From Macrostomum lignano (taxonomy: Eukaryota), in NCBI GenBank assembly GCA_002269645.1, contig NIVC01001433.1, forward strand, positions 124,001-188,000: 64,000 nt of DNA. The letters are read 5' to 3'. Both the position numbers and the translations under genes were made by a program. Positions 23,075 through 37,269 of the stretch are shown one piece after another. The notes beneath the pieces are model-generated. The model saw nothing but the letters and a program-made list of their open reading frames with translations, did not search any database and was not told the DNA's origin. Numbering within the stretch: position 1 is the first letter of the stretch; each line of letters starts with the position of its first letter.

Positions 23075-23399
23075 GATTTCGAATCGAACAAGTTGACTAA
23101 TGTCTCTCGGTCTTTTTAACCGCGAATGGTACATGTATCAGTTAACTATTTACTTTGTATTTTTTCATACACGAAAAATAAGTAAAAGGTTTGCTTCTGA
23201 GCTAACAACCAAGGACAACTTAAGTTGTCTTCTCAGGAGAGAGGACATGAGAGGAGAGAAAAGAGAAGATATTATAGAGAACAGAGCTGAGAACAGAAGA
23301 TCAAGACATGCCCAGTTAGTTATGCCTTGCACTGTTTTAAAGAGTAAGTCATTTTCTGCACTACATTAATGATGTCAGAGTGAAGATCAGCCAAATTTT

Positions 23400-23480
23400 G
23401 AAGAGACAAGAGAGAGGTAAAGAGAGAGGTAAGAGAGGTAAGAGGTAAGAGAGGTAAGAGGTAAGAGAGGTAAAGGGGTA
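23400..23480. repeat. (GAGAGGTAA)n simple repeat
   Basis: Directly visible. Confidence 0.85.
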
Positions 23481-24683
23481 GAAGTGCAGACGATTGAGAG
23501 ACATTCTGCATGGGAATTGTGCTTGGTTGAGGTATATTTTCTCATGGTAAATGGTACTTGTACAGTAGAATACGTGCTGTTGCAGTACCTAGTTCCAATA
23601 ATATTCACCCTATGCATATCTGTAATTATTGGCCAAATGCGTCAGAAATGTTTACAGAAAGGTCCGTATACGCTCGTTGCACACTTGCTGAAAATAGCAT
23701 GGCTGTATTTGGAAATGAGGCAAATTTCAAATATAAGTTTGGAAAATACCTTGTTAACCATATCTACAGTATTTGAAGAAATATGTGAAAATTCATAAAT
23801 GGGAATATAAAATTTTGTTTTTTTCCGGCCTAAAATTCTTAAAGGCTTATTAAGCTTATTAAGGAAAAATTCTTATTAAGCTGCTATAGAGTTCATTTGA
23901 AAACTTTCAAGATATAGTTGTTATAGCTAGTCGTGAGTAGATATACATACGGAGTATAAGACAAAAACTATTTTTAAGCAGTTATTTAATTAGTTAAATC
24001 AAACTAGTCTTTCAGGCGATCGAACTCAAGCGTTACAATTTTGAAATGCTACAGAAAAATTTACACCGACCGATGGAGTATGACGAACTTCGAACACACG
24101 CTCGTAGATAAAAGAATTAACGGATGGATGGCAGTGACCTGAATTTTCTCTTCATTCTGTTCTAGATGGTGACAAAAAAACGGCAACTATGGCCGTCTAA
24201 AATCATATAGGAATGTTGAGATGGGCCCTCGATAAGTTCACCAACTTATTAATCTCCATTATTAGGAATCTATTAATTTTTGCATGAAATTTTTAATTAG
24301 GAAGCGACGTTGGAACCTCCGTTTATGTAGTTACAACAATTCTATATATATAATATATGTATACGTTAATTTTGAGCCGCCCGCAGTCAGCGAGGAAGCA
24401 AGCAGTCACGCCGCCATTTCGCTGACCCCTGAGACTGGGAGTACAGCGGCCCTTGTAAGTTTTTCACCACGTCAGAGACTGTATTTTTAATCTGCTTGAT
24501 TAAAAAAACAAATTATATCGTAGTTTATTGCAATATTGCATATTGCGATACATTCGTCGCTTAAATTTGCAATAATTCTGTATTGATGAATCTTCGTGAT
24601 AATTACTGAATAAAAATTAAAAGATAAAAAACTGTTTTTAAAATTGTGCGTTTCATGATTTGAGCAACGCCACCGGGCAGCAG

Positions 24684-27600
24684 CTAACAATCCTCGTCCA
24701 AACGACTCATCACGCTGTCAATGTACTCTCCGATTGACACCACGGTGCCGCGTTTTCGAGACTCCTCAGCGGCGAACGCCACCAGATGTCCGTAGAGAGT
24801 GGAATCGTTGAGTTCGCGCTGCAGTTCAGCTAAGCTGCTGCCTGCAGTGTCACCACCTGCCTCAGCTGAGTCCTTGGCTTTGAGCAGGGCCCGAACAAAG
24901 GCCTGCAGAAAAATGACAATTAAAAAAAATGGTTTTAACGAGGCACTACCCGTTCTATACGCACAGAGAAGTAGCTTGTCATTAACAAGGTACTGCCACT
25001 TACCAGTATCTGCTAACCAAAGGTACTGCCTTATAGGAATAATACACAGAGTAATAAGGAACCGCATATGTCAGGAACTAAAAAAAGCATTCTCTAGTGA
25101 CGTCATTCAAAATAACAAAAAATCCGTAATCCTGTGCCTTACAGTACATTTTATATACAGAATCCCGTCTAAAATAGCTTCATCAATGTTCACAATGCCC
25201 CAATCCAATTCATTTCATTTTGCTGACACCCCAGTAACACAAATCACACAGGGTGTACAGCGTCCCGGACATTCCCATCGTCAGGCATGTACTACGAGAC
25301 CCAATCTGGAATTAAAAGTCAATCAGAATTTGTCTAGTGAAAACGTGAAAACGCCAGAAACGTCTTTTCGATACATATCGGAACATGTCACAATTTCGGG
25401 CAGATTTTGTATTAAAAATGGTATATAATATTATTTTCGATACATATCGGAATAAATCAAGATTTTACACGCCGATTTTGTACTGAACGACTGCGTAATT
25501 TTGATACACATCGCTCTAAATCTTGATAGCAGAAGACGGCTAAATATGCACTTTTCGATACATATCGGGACATTTCGCAATGTATCGGTGCAATTAGAAC
25601 TCGTTTTGAAAGACTAAATATGATATTATTTTCGATACATGTCGTGTTATAACACAACTCAATCAAACAGTCAAAATGCACTTTTCGATACATATCGGTA
25701 GACAAATTTAACCTCACCTGAGCCAGGAAGAAATCGGCCGAACCGTGGCCTCGCATCCGACCGCTACCAGCTGGTGGGGCTTCCTGATTGTCGCCCTCGG
25801 GGCCCAGGCCCACAGGTACGTGCATGTGGTCCATGCTGGCAAATTCGTACATGGTCAGAGCCGTGTCTCCGTAGGAGGCGCCGTTCCAGCGCAGTTCACC
25901 GCGGGTCCCATAGAAAACGCTGGAACGAACGCAGACCGCCTCGGTGAAGGCCATCATGGTGAGGCTGGCGGTGGCCCCATCATCAAATTCCATGTTTACT
26001 ACCTGCGGGATTAGCAGGTTTGAGATAAAAGAACTTTATTTTAATGTAAATCTTGATGTTTGTTAAAGCTGGAAATACTGTAGCATCTGAATATCATCAC
26101 AATTAACACCTGAATATCCTCACAATCAACACCTGAATATCCTCACAATTAACACCTGAATATCCTCACAATCAACACCTGAATATCCTCACAATCAACA
26201 CCTGAATATCCTCACAATCAATACCTGAATATCCTCACAATTAACACCTGAATATCCTCACAATCAACACCTGAATATCCTCACAATTAACACCTGAATA
26301 TCCTCACAATCAACACCTGAATATCCTCACAATCAACACCTGAATATCCTCACAATCAATACCTGAATATCCTCACAATTAACACCTGAATATCCTCACA
26401 ATCAACACCTGAATATCCTCACAATCAACACCTGAATATCCTCACAATTAACACCTGAATATCCTCACAATTAACACCTGAATATCCTCACAATCAACAC
26501 CTGAATATCCTCACAATCAACACCTGAATATCCTCACAATCAACACCTGAATATCCTCACAATCAACACCTGAATATCCTCACAATCAACACCTGAATAT
26601 CCTCACAATCAACACCTGAATATCCTCACAATTAACACCTGAATATCCTCACAATCAACACCTGAATATCCTCACAATCAATACCTGAATATCCTCACAA
26701 TCAATACCTGAATATCATCACAATCAACACCTGAATATCCTCACAATCAACACCTGAATATCCTCACAATCAATACCTGAATATCCTCACAATCAATACC
26801 TGAATATCCTCACAATCAATACCTGAATATCCTCACAATCAATACCTGAATATCCTCACAATCAATACCTAAATATCATCACAATCAACACCTGAATATC
26901 CTCACAATCAATACCTGAATATCCTCACAATCAACACCTGAATATCCTCACAATCAACACCTGAATATCCTCACAATCAACACCTGAATATCCTCACAAT
27001 CAACACCTGAATATTCTCACAATCAACACCTGAATATCATCACAATCAACACCTGAATATCATCACAATCAACACCTGAATATCCTCACAATCAACACCT
27101 GAATACCATCACAATCAACACCTGAATATCCTCACAATCAATACCTAAATATCATCACAATCAACACCTGAATATCCTCACAATCAACACCTGAATATCC
27201 TCACAATCAACACCTGAATATCCTCACAATCAACACCTGAATATCCTCACAATTAACACCTGAATATCCTCACAATTAACACCTGAATATCCTCACAATC
27301 AACACCTGAATATCCTCACAATCAACACCTGAATATCCTCACAATCAACACCTGAATATCCTCACAATCAACACCTGAATATCCTCACAATCAACACCTG
27401 AATATCCTCACAATCAACACCTGAATATCCTCACAATTAACACCTGAATATCCTCACAATCAACACCTGAATATCCTCACAATCAATACCTGAATATCCT
27501 CACAATCAATACCTGGGTATCATCACAATCAACACCTGAATATCCTCACAATCAACACCTGAATATCCTCACAATCAACACCTGAATATCCTCACAATCA

Positions 27601-29121
27601 ATACCTGAATATTCTCACAATCAATACCTGAATATCCTCACAATCAATACCTGAATATCCTCACAATCAATACCTAAATATCATCACAATCAACACCTGA
27701 ATATCCTCACAATCAACACCTGAATATCCTCACAATCAACACCTGAATATCCTCACAATCAACACCTGAATATTCTCACAATCAACACCTGAATATCATC
27801 ACAATCAACACCTGAATATCATCACAATCAACACCTGAATATCCTCACAATCAACACCTGAATACCATCACAATCAACACCTGAATATCCTCACAATCAA
27901 TACCTGAATATCCTCACAATCAACACCTGAATATCATCACAATCAACACCTGAATACCATCACAATCAACACCTGAATATCATCACAATCAACACCTGAA
28001 TACCATCACAATTAACACCTGAATACCATCACAATCAACACCTGAATACCATACGCTGCCAACCCGCTCACCTGATGATCGCAAACGTCATTGTCGCAGT
28101 TGTAAACGCGGCGGCCGTACGGCCCAGTCTTAACGGCCTCCTCAACCAGTTGCTGATATTTCGCATGGTCTCCATTGCACGCTTCCCGGTCGACGAAAGC
28201 TGCCGGGCTCCAGACTCCGGGGAAAATGTAGGCCTGGATTCGAGGCAGGGGTTTCCGGGTGGGCGAAGCATGAGAGACAGGTGAGACAGGGATAGTTAAG
28301 GGAAAACGGTTAGTACAGGGAATAGGATCGGGACAATGCAGGGGATAGGATAGGAAGAGTGCAGGGAATAGAATAGGGAGAATGCAGGGAATAGGATCGG
28401 GACAATGCAGGGGATAGGATAGGAAGAGTGCAGGGAATAGAATAGGGAGAATGCAGGGAATAGGATAGGAAGAATGCAGGGAATAGAATAGGAAGAATGC
28501 AGGGAACAGGATAGGAAGAATGCAGGGAACAGGATAGGGAGGATGCAGGGAACAGGATAGGGAGAATGCAGGGAACAGGATAGGGAGGATGCAGGGAACA
28601 AGATAGGGAGGATGCAGGGAACAGGATAGGGAGGATGCAGGGAACAGGATAGGGAGGATGCAGGGAACAGGATAGAGACAATGCAGGGAACGGATAGGGA
28701 GGATGCAGGGAACAGAATAGGGAAAATGCATTGAAGTGTCCATCGCAGCCACCTTAACGGCAGAGTAGGGGCAATCTTTCTCCACGCTGCAATCAACACA
28801 TCGCTCGGCGGCCCCCTCTGGCTTCTCTTCCGGCCGGAAGTGCACCAGGCTGCCGAAGCTGGACACCCTGGAGCAGCGGGACGGCATCCAGTAGCAGATC
28901 AGGTCCACATCGTGGCAGCACTTCGTCAGCAGGGAGAACGCGCTGCCAGCCTCGTTGCGCCAGTTGCCTCTGACGTAGGAGTGCGCGAAATGAGCGTAAC
29001 CAACTGGCTCGGTGTGCTGCACGTGGCACAGGCGGCCCAGCTGGCCAGACCTGCGGTGGGGGCGGCGGATGTCTGTCTGTCTGTGTGTCTGTGTCTGTCT
29101 GTCTGTGTCTGTGTCTGTCTG

Positions 29122-29166
<45 letters not shown>

Positions 29167-29559
29167 TAATGTCTTTCTGTCTGTCTGTCTGTGTCTGTCT
29201 GTCTGTCTGTCTGTGTGTGTGTCTGTCTGCTGTCTATCTGTCTGTCTGCTGTCTGTCTGTGTCTGTCTTTCTGTCTGTCTGTCTGTGTCTGTCTGTCTGT
29301 CTGTCTGTGTCTGTCTGTCTGTCTGTGTCTGTCTGTCTGTCTGTGTCTGTCTGTGTCTGTCTTTCTGTGTCTGTCTGTGTCTGTCTGTCTGTGTCTGTCT
29401 GTCTGTGTCTGTCTGTGTCTGTCTGTCTGTGTCTGTCTGTCTGTGTCTGTCTGTGTCTGTCTGTGTCTGTCTGTCTGTCTGTCTGTCTGCTGTCTGTCTG
29501 TGTCTGTCTTTCTGTCTGTCTGTCTGTCTGTGTCTGTCTGTCTGTGTCTGTCTGCTGCC

Positions 29560-29590
<31 letters not shown>

Positions 29591-29672
29591 GTCTGTCTGT
29601 CTGTCTGTGTCTGTCTGCTGTCTGTCTGTGTCTGTCTGTCTGTCTGTGTCTGTCTGCCTGTCTGTCTGTCTG

Positions 29673-29734
<62 letters not shown>

Positions 29735-31218
29735 GCTGTCTGTCTATCTGCCTGTCTGTCCGTCTGTCGCGAGCAAAGCTGCATGTCAGCTACTATGAGT
29801 AAGAGGACTAGCAAAGAACTGACAGCAGACTAATAATAAAACTGCTTGCTATTCACAACAGCTGTACGTGAATGCAGTTCGCCTGCACGATGTCTGCAAT
29901 AGTTTAGTACGCACTTGTGGTGGTTTTTGACATTGCATAATACATTTAAGCTAAATTTAGAGAAATTCTTACCTAATAAACACTGAATTAGGCACTGAAT
30001 GCTAATAAATTTAAATATTTAATTTTAATTTTCCAACACCAACACGTCACACTCGGTCGTGTCAGCACTCTGCTGATAACAGAAATTCAACATGCAAAAG
30101 CTTGCAGGAGACAGTGCAAACAAATTATTTACCAAAAGAAATTACAGGACTACGAGTAGCATAGAACGTGAGAAGAGTCATAGAAGAATGGAATTAAGAA
30201 GAGAATCAAACAAGACAAAATCAAACATAAAGGAAGCGTCATGTTAAACATAAAAGAAATTGCTGAGTTGTCAAGGCTGAAAGGTCAGAAGCAAGCAACG
30301 AGCTACATGTAGTGTAATCAAAAAAATTTATTCCATTCTTTGTTGCCTCACCAACGGGGTGACGCTGATGTGGGTAGGTATGCAACCATGGCCTATGACA
30401 AATTGCAGTAACATGAATGGGAAAGCAAGGATAGAGCATTATAAAAATAACCTGATAAATTGGTGAATTTTTCGCACAGCAGGCAAATAGCGCAGCACGT
30501 GACAAATAACCATCAGCTGATCGGCCTCGCTCAGCCACTCCCTATGCACAAGGCGAGCGCAGTCCAGCGGGCTACAAGCCATGGGCTTCTCGAGTAGTAC
30601 GTGACATCCTAAGCGTTTGCAGGCCTGCAATGCGATAATATTTTACTAGTGTGTAAATCTGAAATTCGGCCGTGGTTAGTGCACAATCTGAATGTCGGAT
30701 GCTACACATACACACATCTACAAAACTCACCTGGCATGGCTCCAGATGCTGCTGATCCTGAGTACAGATGATAGCAGCATCAGCTATGCGGCCTTTCTCA
30801 ACCAGCGGCTGCCAATGCTCAAAGACTGCATCATTGGCTAGGCCAAATGTGCGACTCATGTAGCTTCGAGCTGTAGCTCTGTGACAATGTTAAAGTATAG
30901 ATCTACAAATATATTGATTGAAAAGCGAGTCTAGATACTTGTTAATAGCAAATAATTTGCATACCTTGGATCAGCTGCAGCCACAATCTGCAGCTCATTT
31001 GGTCGAATTAAGGCATACTCTGAGTAACACCGACCTCTTTGGCCACAGCCAATCACAATAGCAGTGATTGGGCCAGATTTCCAAGTTTGCCTGGTTGTAG
31101 CTGATTCTGAAAGTGCCAAATCAGTCTTGGAATGGCTTGTTGTAGGCTCCTGCACTTTGTCCTTGGCCTTGGTAGTAGTAGATGATTTTTTATGTTTAAA
31201 TAGGCCTAGAAAACTCAT
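24684..31218 (-). CDS. Gfo/Idh/MocA family NAD(P)-dependent oxidoreductase (YteT-like), 7 exons
   Basis: Exons 31218-30965, 30878-30731, 30624-30452, 29050-28753, 28233-28072, 26002-25718, 24902-24684, phase-consistent; motifs [62 protein letters not shown]. Confidence 0.92.
26088..28052. repeat. 23-bp minisatellite (CAATCAACACCTGAATATCCTCA), about 85 copies, intronic
   Basis: Directly visible. Confidence 0.97.
28310..28715. repeat. 23-bp purine-rich minisatellite (GCAGGGAACAGGATAGGGAGGAT), intronic
   Basis: Directly visible. Confidence 0.93.
29070..29765. repeat. (GTCT)n/(GT)n compound microsatellite, intronic
   Basis: Directly visible. Confidence 0.97.
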
Positions 31219-32314
31219 TTTGCATGCAAATAATTGAATGAAGCAATACAAGTATTGACTAACAAAACTAAACACAAAGAATATATAAGTATTTATCTAT
31301 CTCCACTAGTGCTAGAGTTTAAACTACTTATTTCTAATGCAAAAAATAGAATAACATATGAAAATTTATGAAAAAAAGTTTAATTATAAAATTTTATATT
31401 TAAAGAAGCACTTTTATTTGATAACATTTATAACTTAGAAATCAAATATAATATTTGTGAGATAAAAATAGTTTTGTGAGCTTCTATATAGATTGATTGC
31501 ACTTCCTACTAACAATATTTACGAGAAGATGAACAAGTGAAGACTAGTAAGAAGTAAAAGGAAGAGAAGGGTAAAATTTAGATAACAAAAATGCAGCTTT
31601 ATTTATAGCCAGTCACCCCCTTTCAAACCAGTTAATGGGGGGGGGGGGCTCGCTTGCTAGTCTGTAATCTTATTTGCACTAGACCTATGGGCTAAGGTGC
31701 ACTTCTAGGGCCTAGCTAGCTAGATTTTGGTTTGCAATCATGCCACATGCCCTTGGAAGGTTCAAGCCATTTCTGATTGGTTTACTAATTAAAGCTAGGT
31801 TAAACTTAATGGATGCAAGCTGTGTCAACTTCTCTATTAGGCCAAGCCAGTTTTGTAGTTATATCTTATTACTTTGACCTATTAAATATCTAACAATAAA
31901 CTGGTCTGACTTTATGTATTTTCCATAGCAAAATGGCAAAAAAATAATAACAAAATCATTAAATAACAAATAATATTCTCACAAAGTACACTATCTCCAC
32001 TAGTGCTAAAGTTTAAATTATCTATTACTAAATTAGTAGGCCTAATGAAAAAATATAAAAAATTATTTTGATAATCTGTACTAGGCTCAAAAAGTTTCAT
32101 TTATTCATCTATGTAAACTATTAAAAATATTTTATTTGATATTTGATAAATATCTGATAAATATTTGATAAAAATATTTGATAATACTAAAACATAACAA
32201 GCAAAACAGTAAAAACTTTCGAAAAGAATTAGAATAGAAAAGTGACAATTGTGACAATGCTTTTGTTGTTGCGGGATCAATGTATCAATAATTATTTTGC
32301 AACTTCTTTATTCA

Positions 32315-32420
32315 CAATATACTAAATCTCTAAGGTCTGTCTGTCTGACCGGTATTCCAGTCCACAGCCTGAATGCCTGAACCGATTTTTTTCAAACTTG
32401 CTCGACTAAATATGAGTCGA
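32315..32420 (+). mobile_element. Possible Helitron-type non-autonomous 5' fragment
   Basis: ATACTAAAT...GTCTGTCTGTCTG...TGAACCGATTTTTTTCAAACTT resembles the microsatellite plus CCGATTT layout of non-autonomous Helitron ends; no 3' hairpin identified. Confidence 0.4.
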
Positions 32421-33738
32421 GATGTAAATTAATATAGTTTTTCTGTCACGACTCACTAACTGTCAACTGACCATCACCGACGTTCATATATATACTACTT
32501 ATATATATACAACAATAATAAGTCATGAACAACATGGTCGTAATTTGAATTCGGATAAAAATGACATTACATCATACATATCTTTTAATTTTTAAAGATA
32601 GATTATTAAACTACATTTATCTGTTATAAACTAGCAGACTTTATTCAAGGGTGTTTTATAACAAAATCGTTATTTTTTCTATGAAATATTTTGTTATATC
32701 AATAACTACAAGTCTAAAGTTCAAGCTTAATTTCCAAGAACATTTCTTACAAAAACGTTACGAACATTATTAACTGACTGACTTCTGACTAGTCAGACTG
32801 CTATTCAGCTATTGTCTAATTTGTTGTAGACTATATTCCTTACAAATATAACTTCAAAACAAAATGCTAGCACTAAGACACCGACTTTCGTCCCTTTGCT
32901 TAAAAGCAGTAAGTCAATGATATTAAATCTACCTTTAAATTGGCTTAGTGTTGTTTTGAACTGCGATTATAGTCAATGATTATTATATAAACAGTCTTTA
33001 TGTTACAATTCAGGTAATAGGTATTTGTAGTTATTATGGCATTCTTTCGTTAGACGATCCCCGAGCAGATCAAGTTTCGTTTCACGGTCCCCGTTAAAGA
33101 GTCAAATACACTCCAATCCAGTATATCAAAAAATTATGCTTCACATTTTAAATTGTACTCACTTTTCAAATAATTTCAAATCACCACTGCAATTTTCATT
33201 GAAACCTAGAGCATAGAAAGTTATGGAAGTGTAGCTTATATTCACTTTTGTTACACAATCATTTAAATATGGAAATTATATGTACTATAATGTAGGTAAT
33301 TGTAAGACAAAACTGAAAATGCTTATAGGTTTCAAATTATGACCACACCAATAGTAAAATTGTATTAGTGGGATTGTTCATGAAATTGAATAGATTGGTA
33401 TGGTTTCAAATTCACCATTTGATAATGATAGTGTTCATTTTGACATTTTATGGACATAAAGTCTAGTCTATGTCAAATAGTAGGCCTATATCTCTAACTC
33501 TGTCAATGATAGACACATAGTTGAGAACCATAGTGTGGATCATGCTAAGTGCACGCGAGAAACGACCCAAAGCTAATTCCCAAAAGCACGTCGACAATAA
33601 GCGAATGCATGCCAATGCATGCCGATAAATTAAAATTCAAATTGAAGACAAAAAACATATTTTAAATTGCATTGTGTAAAACAAAGCAATAAATGATGTA
33701 CAAAAGAAATGATATATCTTTAAAAATGTGTATTTCTC

Positions 33739-34620
33739 CAGTGTTGGGCACCGTTAATGAAAATCTTAACTTTCATTAATAGCAAAAGCGTTAGCGTTAA
33801 AACAAAAAAATCTTAACTTTTTAACTCCTAATTTCGTTAAGTTAACTGAAAGTTAACTGATAATCGTTAATAAGCATTAATCCGTTAAAGTTAACATAGA
33901 AAATATGGAAATCTTGCACGTTTTTTCCAAAACAGACTTTGTATTGCACTTCTTTGCTATTCCATCTTTTAAGCGAAACACAGAGGTCATCTAAGCGATT
34001 TGAAAGCTAAAAAAGTAATAAATAATCATTTTAAAAACTTGCATGCATAATACTACTAAAAGTAAAGCATATGGTAAAAAAAGTAACTTTTTTTATTTGA
34101 AACTTAAAAGCTAATAGCGAGAAATTCATAATTAAATACGCATAGGAAGGTTGTTTCAGTACCATTAGCAGGCGCAGCAGAAAGTTGCAAAAGATTGGGA
34201 TAGAAGTGAATCAAAGTGATCGATGCTCACGCGCAAGAAATAAAGTTTCACACTATTTTAATTCATTATTTTAAAGTTTATTTGTAAGAAGTTGTTAATT
34301 ACATGTACGTCTGTATGATCATCGTCATAAATAAAGAGATTATATTTAGGCATATAGGTAAGCTCAAATACGTTCGTAATGTTTAAACTTCTTGTAAGAC
34401 TTCTATTTTTCGTTCCTTCTTTGCGTCTTTAGTCATTGACATAGACACTACCGTTAACGATGAATTTATCGTTAATTCACAAAATTTTTAACGCAAATTT
34501 GTTAATCCGTTAGTTCAAAAAAATCTTAACAACAGTCCGTTAACGTTAATGAAAAATCTTAACGCTTATTAACGCTTATTAACGGATTAACGCTTATTAA
34601 CGGACTGGTGCCCAACACTG
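33739..34620. mobile_element. Non-autonomous hAT-type MITE (882 bp)
   Basis: TIR CAGTGTTGGGCACC / GGTGCCCAACACTG; perfect 8-bp TSD TATTTCTC on both sides; subterminal TTAACG/CGTTAA repeats. Confidence 0.92.
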
Positions 34621-35227
34621 TATTTCTCATACATTAATTTATCTAACAGTCTTATACACTGTTTATTTACAATAGTTTTTTTTCAAAAGTTAAATACAAT
34701 AATACATATTTTATGTCTGCTTACCATTGCATTGGCAGCTTTGCCACATCAGGTGCCAGGCATGCGGCACGCGGCGCATGCCAGGCATGCCAGTGTATTT
34801 ATATAGTGTGCATTATACACGCCAAATGCACGCCACTTACCTAATCGCACGCCGGTGCACGCTACTTTTGAAAATGCACGCGGGAAAATTCTCGCGTGCA
34901 CTACATGATCTACACTATGGGTTGAGAACAAAATTATTAATTATGGTATTTGCTTCTCAATATAATATATATCCCCACTCAATATAAAATGCTTCCATTT
35001 CACTAGGCCTAAGGGGATATAAATGTCCAATTCTTGCTTGTGCAAAATGTCGACGTAGCCAAGACAAAACAGCAGGATGTCCATTTTGATTAATATACCA
35101 ATAATTTCCTTATTAATATACTGATAAATTTGAAATACAATCTCTAGTACAATTTCGCTATTAGTGTGATTTTAATTCAAAACCAATAAGCTCTTTTGGT
35201 TTTATCTTATGATCACTTATGTTATGT

Positions 35228-36720
35228 TAGGAGTTGGCAACCTCCAGCTTGCAGGCTAGATCTGGCTTGCAAAGACTTTCTATGTGGCCCTCAAACTTCC
35301 TATATCTTTATTATTATAATACGGCCTGCACCATTATATTAACTCTATTATTTGGCCTATAAAATTTTTGTGCATTGAAATGGGAGATTCCTTCCCTTGT
35401 CAATATCAAAGACAAATGAGTAATAAGACAAACTGAGTGAAACACGAGTGGCTGTTTACAAGTTCTAGACTAGACAGCATATCAGTTCAAACTACTAAAT
35501 AATACAAGTGTAAAGGGAACTGGCAAAGGAAAGTAGGTGGTAGTTCTAGCCAATGACAAGGTGGAGTATAAATTGATAAGGCTGACAGTACAGTGAAATT
35601 GGACAAATGTACATTAAGCTTTTGTTCAACAATTGTTCTTTAGTATGTACATTTTTCTTTTCCACTTAAAAAACCATTGCTTATGTTGTTAGGCTGTGGC
35701 CTAATGGAATATAATATAACAATACTCACACTACACTTGTTTAAATTTAGACAAATGCTAGAAAAATATAATTGAAACAATCTAGTGATTACTTATACTA
35801 TCTGCTATCTTTCAAACTGAAATCATTTACTATTTTCTTGCGTGCTATGTAAAAGCTATGTCAAGCTCAATATAATCTATTAAGCCACTAGCAAGCAAGG
35901 AATGCAAATTGGATTCAGAAAACTGCGCCTTTAATATAAGATAGACATAGCAGTACTTTTCTATTAAAAGACATGGCAAAGCACAGTGCCTGATTTGCTT
36001 ATCAACAGTGGCCATCTTCAAGAAAAATAACATTTTCCAATACTGGAAGACAACTCATAGCTCTTTAAAGTACCCCAGTATGGATGATGCCTTGCACCAG
36101 GTGGCAGTTACTAGGCTTACTAGGTGAATTTGTGAAAGAGTATCTTCTGACTGTTGCTGATGTTTTCTACCCTGCTCAACAATTTATTATCTTTAGTCAG
36201 TCTATCTGCCCACACTATATCACGAAGAATAGAGGAAATGACCACAAAAATTTGCTCATCTTTGCATGACCACATGAACTGATTTGAAGTTTTCTCTGTC
36301 GCAATTGCTGAGTCAACAGATTCAAAGGACACCTCTCAGCTTGTTATATTCATCCAGGGAGTTTCTGCTAATCTTTAAATGAGGGAGGAATTCCTTCAGC
36401 TTGTTCCCATGCAAGGTACAACAACTGGCAAAGATATCTGCAACTCTACTTTGGCCTGCCTCGAGATAGCTGGTTTAGATCTGAAGCAACTGTGTTCTAT
36501 CACTACTGATAAAGCACCAGCCGGCCATGGTTGGTAAAGTTAGGGATGCCATTTCATTCTTCATGAAAAAGTGTAGTGATGCCATAGACCAGCACAACAT
36601 CTGGAAGCTGCACTGTATCATTCACCAAGAAGCTCTTTGTGCCATGGCAGCTACTTTGTCAGAAGTCATGGCTGTGGTAGTGAAAGCTGTGAACAGAATT
36701 TTATCCAAAAAAATGTTTCA
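35228..36720 (+). mobile_element. Decayed hAT (Charlie/SPIN, GTF2IRD2-like) transposase relic
   Basis: Terminal-like GGAGTTGGCAACCT...GCTAGATCTGGC; zinc finger GKAQCLICLSTVAIFKKNNI; AESTDSKDTSQL, EEFLQLVPMQGTTTGKDI, ITTDKAPA, LHCIIHQEALC; several stops and frameshifts. Confidence 0.88.
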
Positions 36721-37269
36721 GTGTGTTTTTAGTAAGAAAATTCCTATCTATATGATAAACTAAATTTTGGTATACAAAAATAAAGTAATCATTTTAATAA
36801 ATCAATCTATTAATTTATTTGCTTTCTGTGTGTTTTTTACTATTTTAGTAAGACTAGTTTACCATTAAAAATATTGAAGCCATTTTATATGTACTTAAAT
36901 AATCTCAATATAAAGCAAAACCCCTTGTAAGTAACAGTATATGATGAGGTAACAAAAAATGATACTGAATTCTACTTTACTTATACAAATTATTTCTTTA
37001 ATAAGATTAGACCACCAAATGACAAATTTTAAAATGTTATGCCTTCAACCCAAGACAGTTTAAATTCAACATTTGAGTTTTTTTTCATGCTTTTAAACAA
37101 TTCAAAGGCCAGTAATAGCAGGTCTTAATATAGTATAATAGTTAATAAACTGTAAACTAATGTAAAATAATGCAATTTATATTACTACATGTATGTCATT
37201 TATATTTTAAATATTTTAGCTTTGTTAAATTTCTACAAACATTACTAACAAGTAGTCTGGTGTAATCAG

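Noticed and set aside
24380-24470. GC-rich exon-like segment ending in CTT/GTAAGT on the plus strand
   Set aside because: No partner exons or homology could be identified; cannot be tied to the BIR gene
25364-25700. CRISPR-like appearance (short palindromic repeat with unique spacers)
   Set aside because: The repeat is only ~12-17 bp, spacers vary widely, it lies in a spliceosomal intron, and there are no cas genes; kept only as a motif array
31293-32020. ~30-bp direct repeat TATCTCCACTAGTGCTA(G/A)AGTTTAAA about 690 bp apart
   Set aside because: Too short, and lacks TG...CA ends, PBS or internal coding sequence, so not an LTR pair; probably an old local duplication
34755-34795. Clustered GCATGC palindromes resembling a p53 response element
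   Set aside because: CATG cores are 9 bp apart instead of 10, and flanks deviate from RRRCWWGYYY
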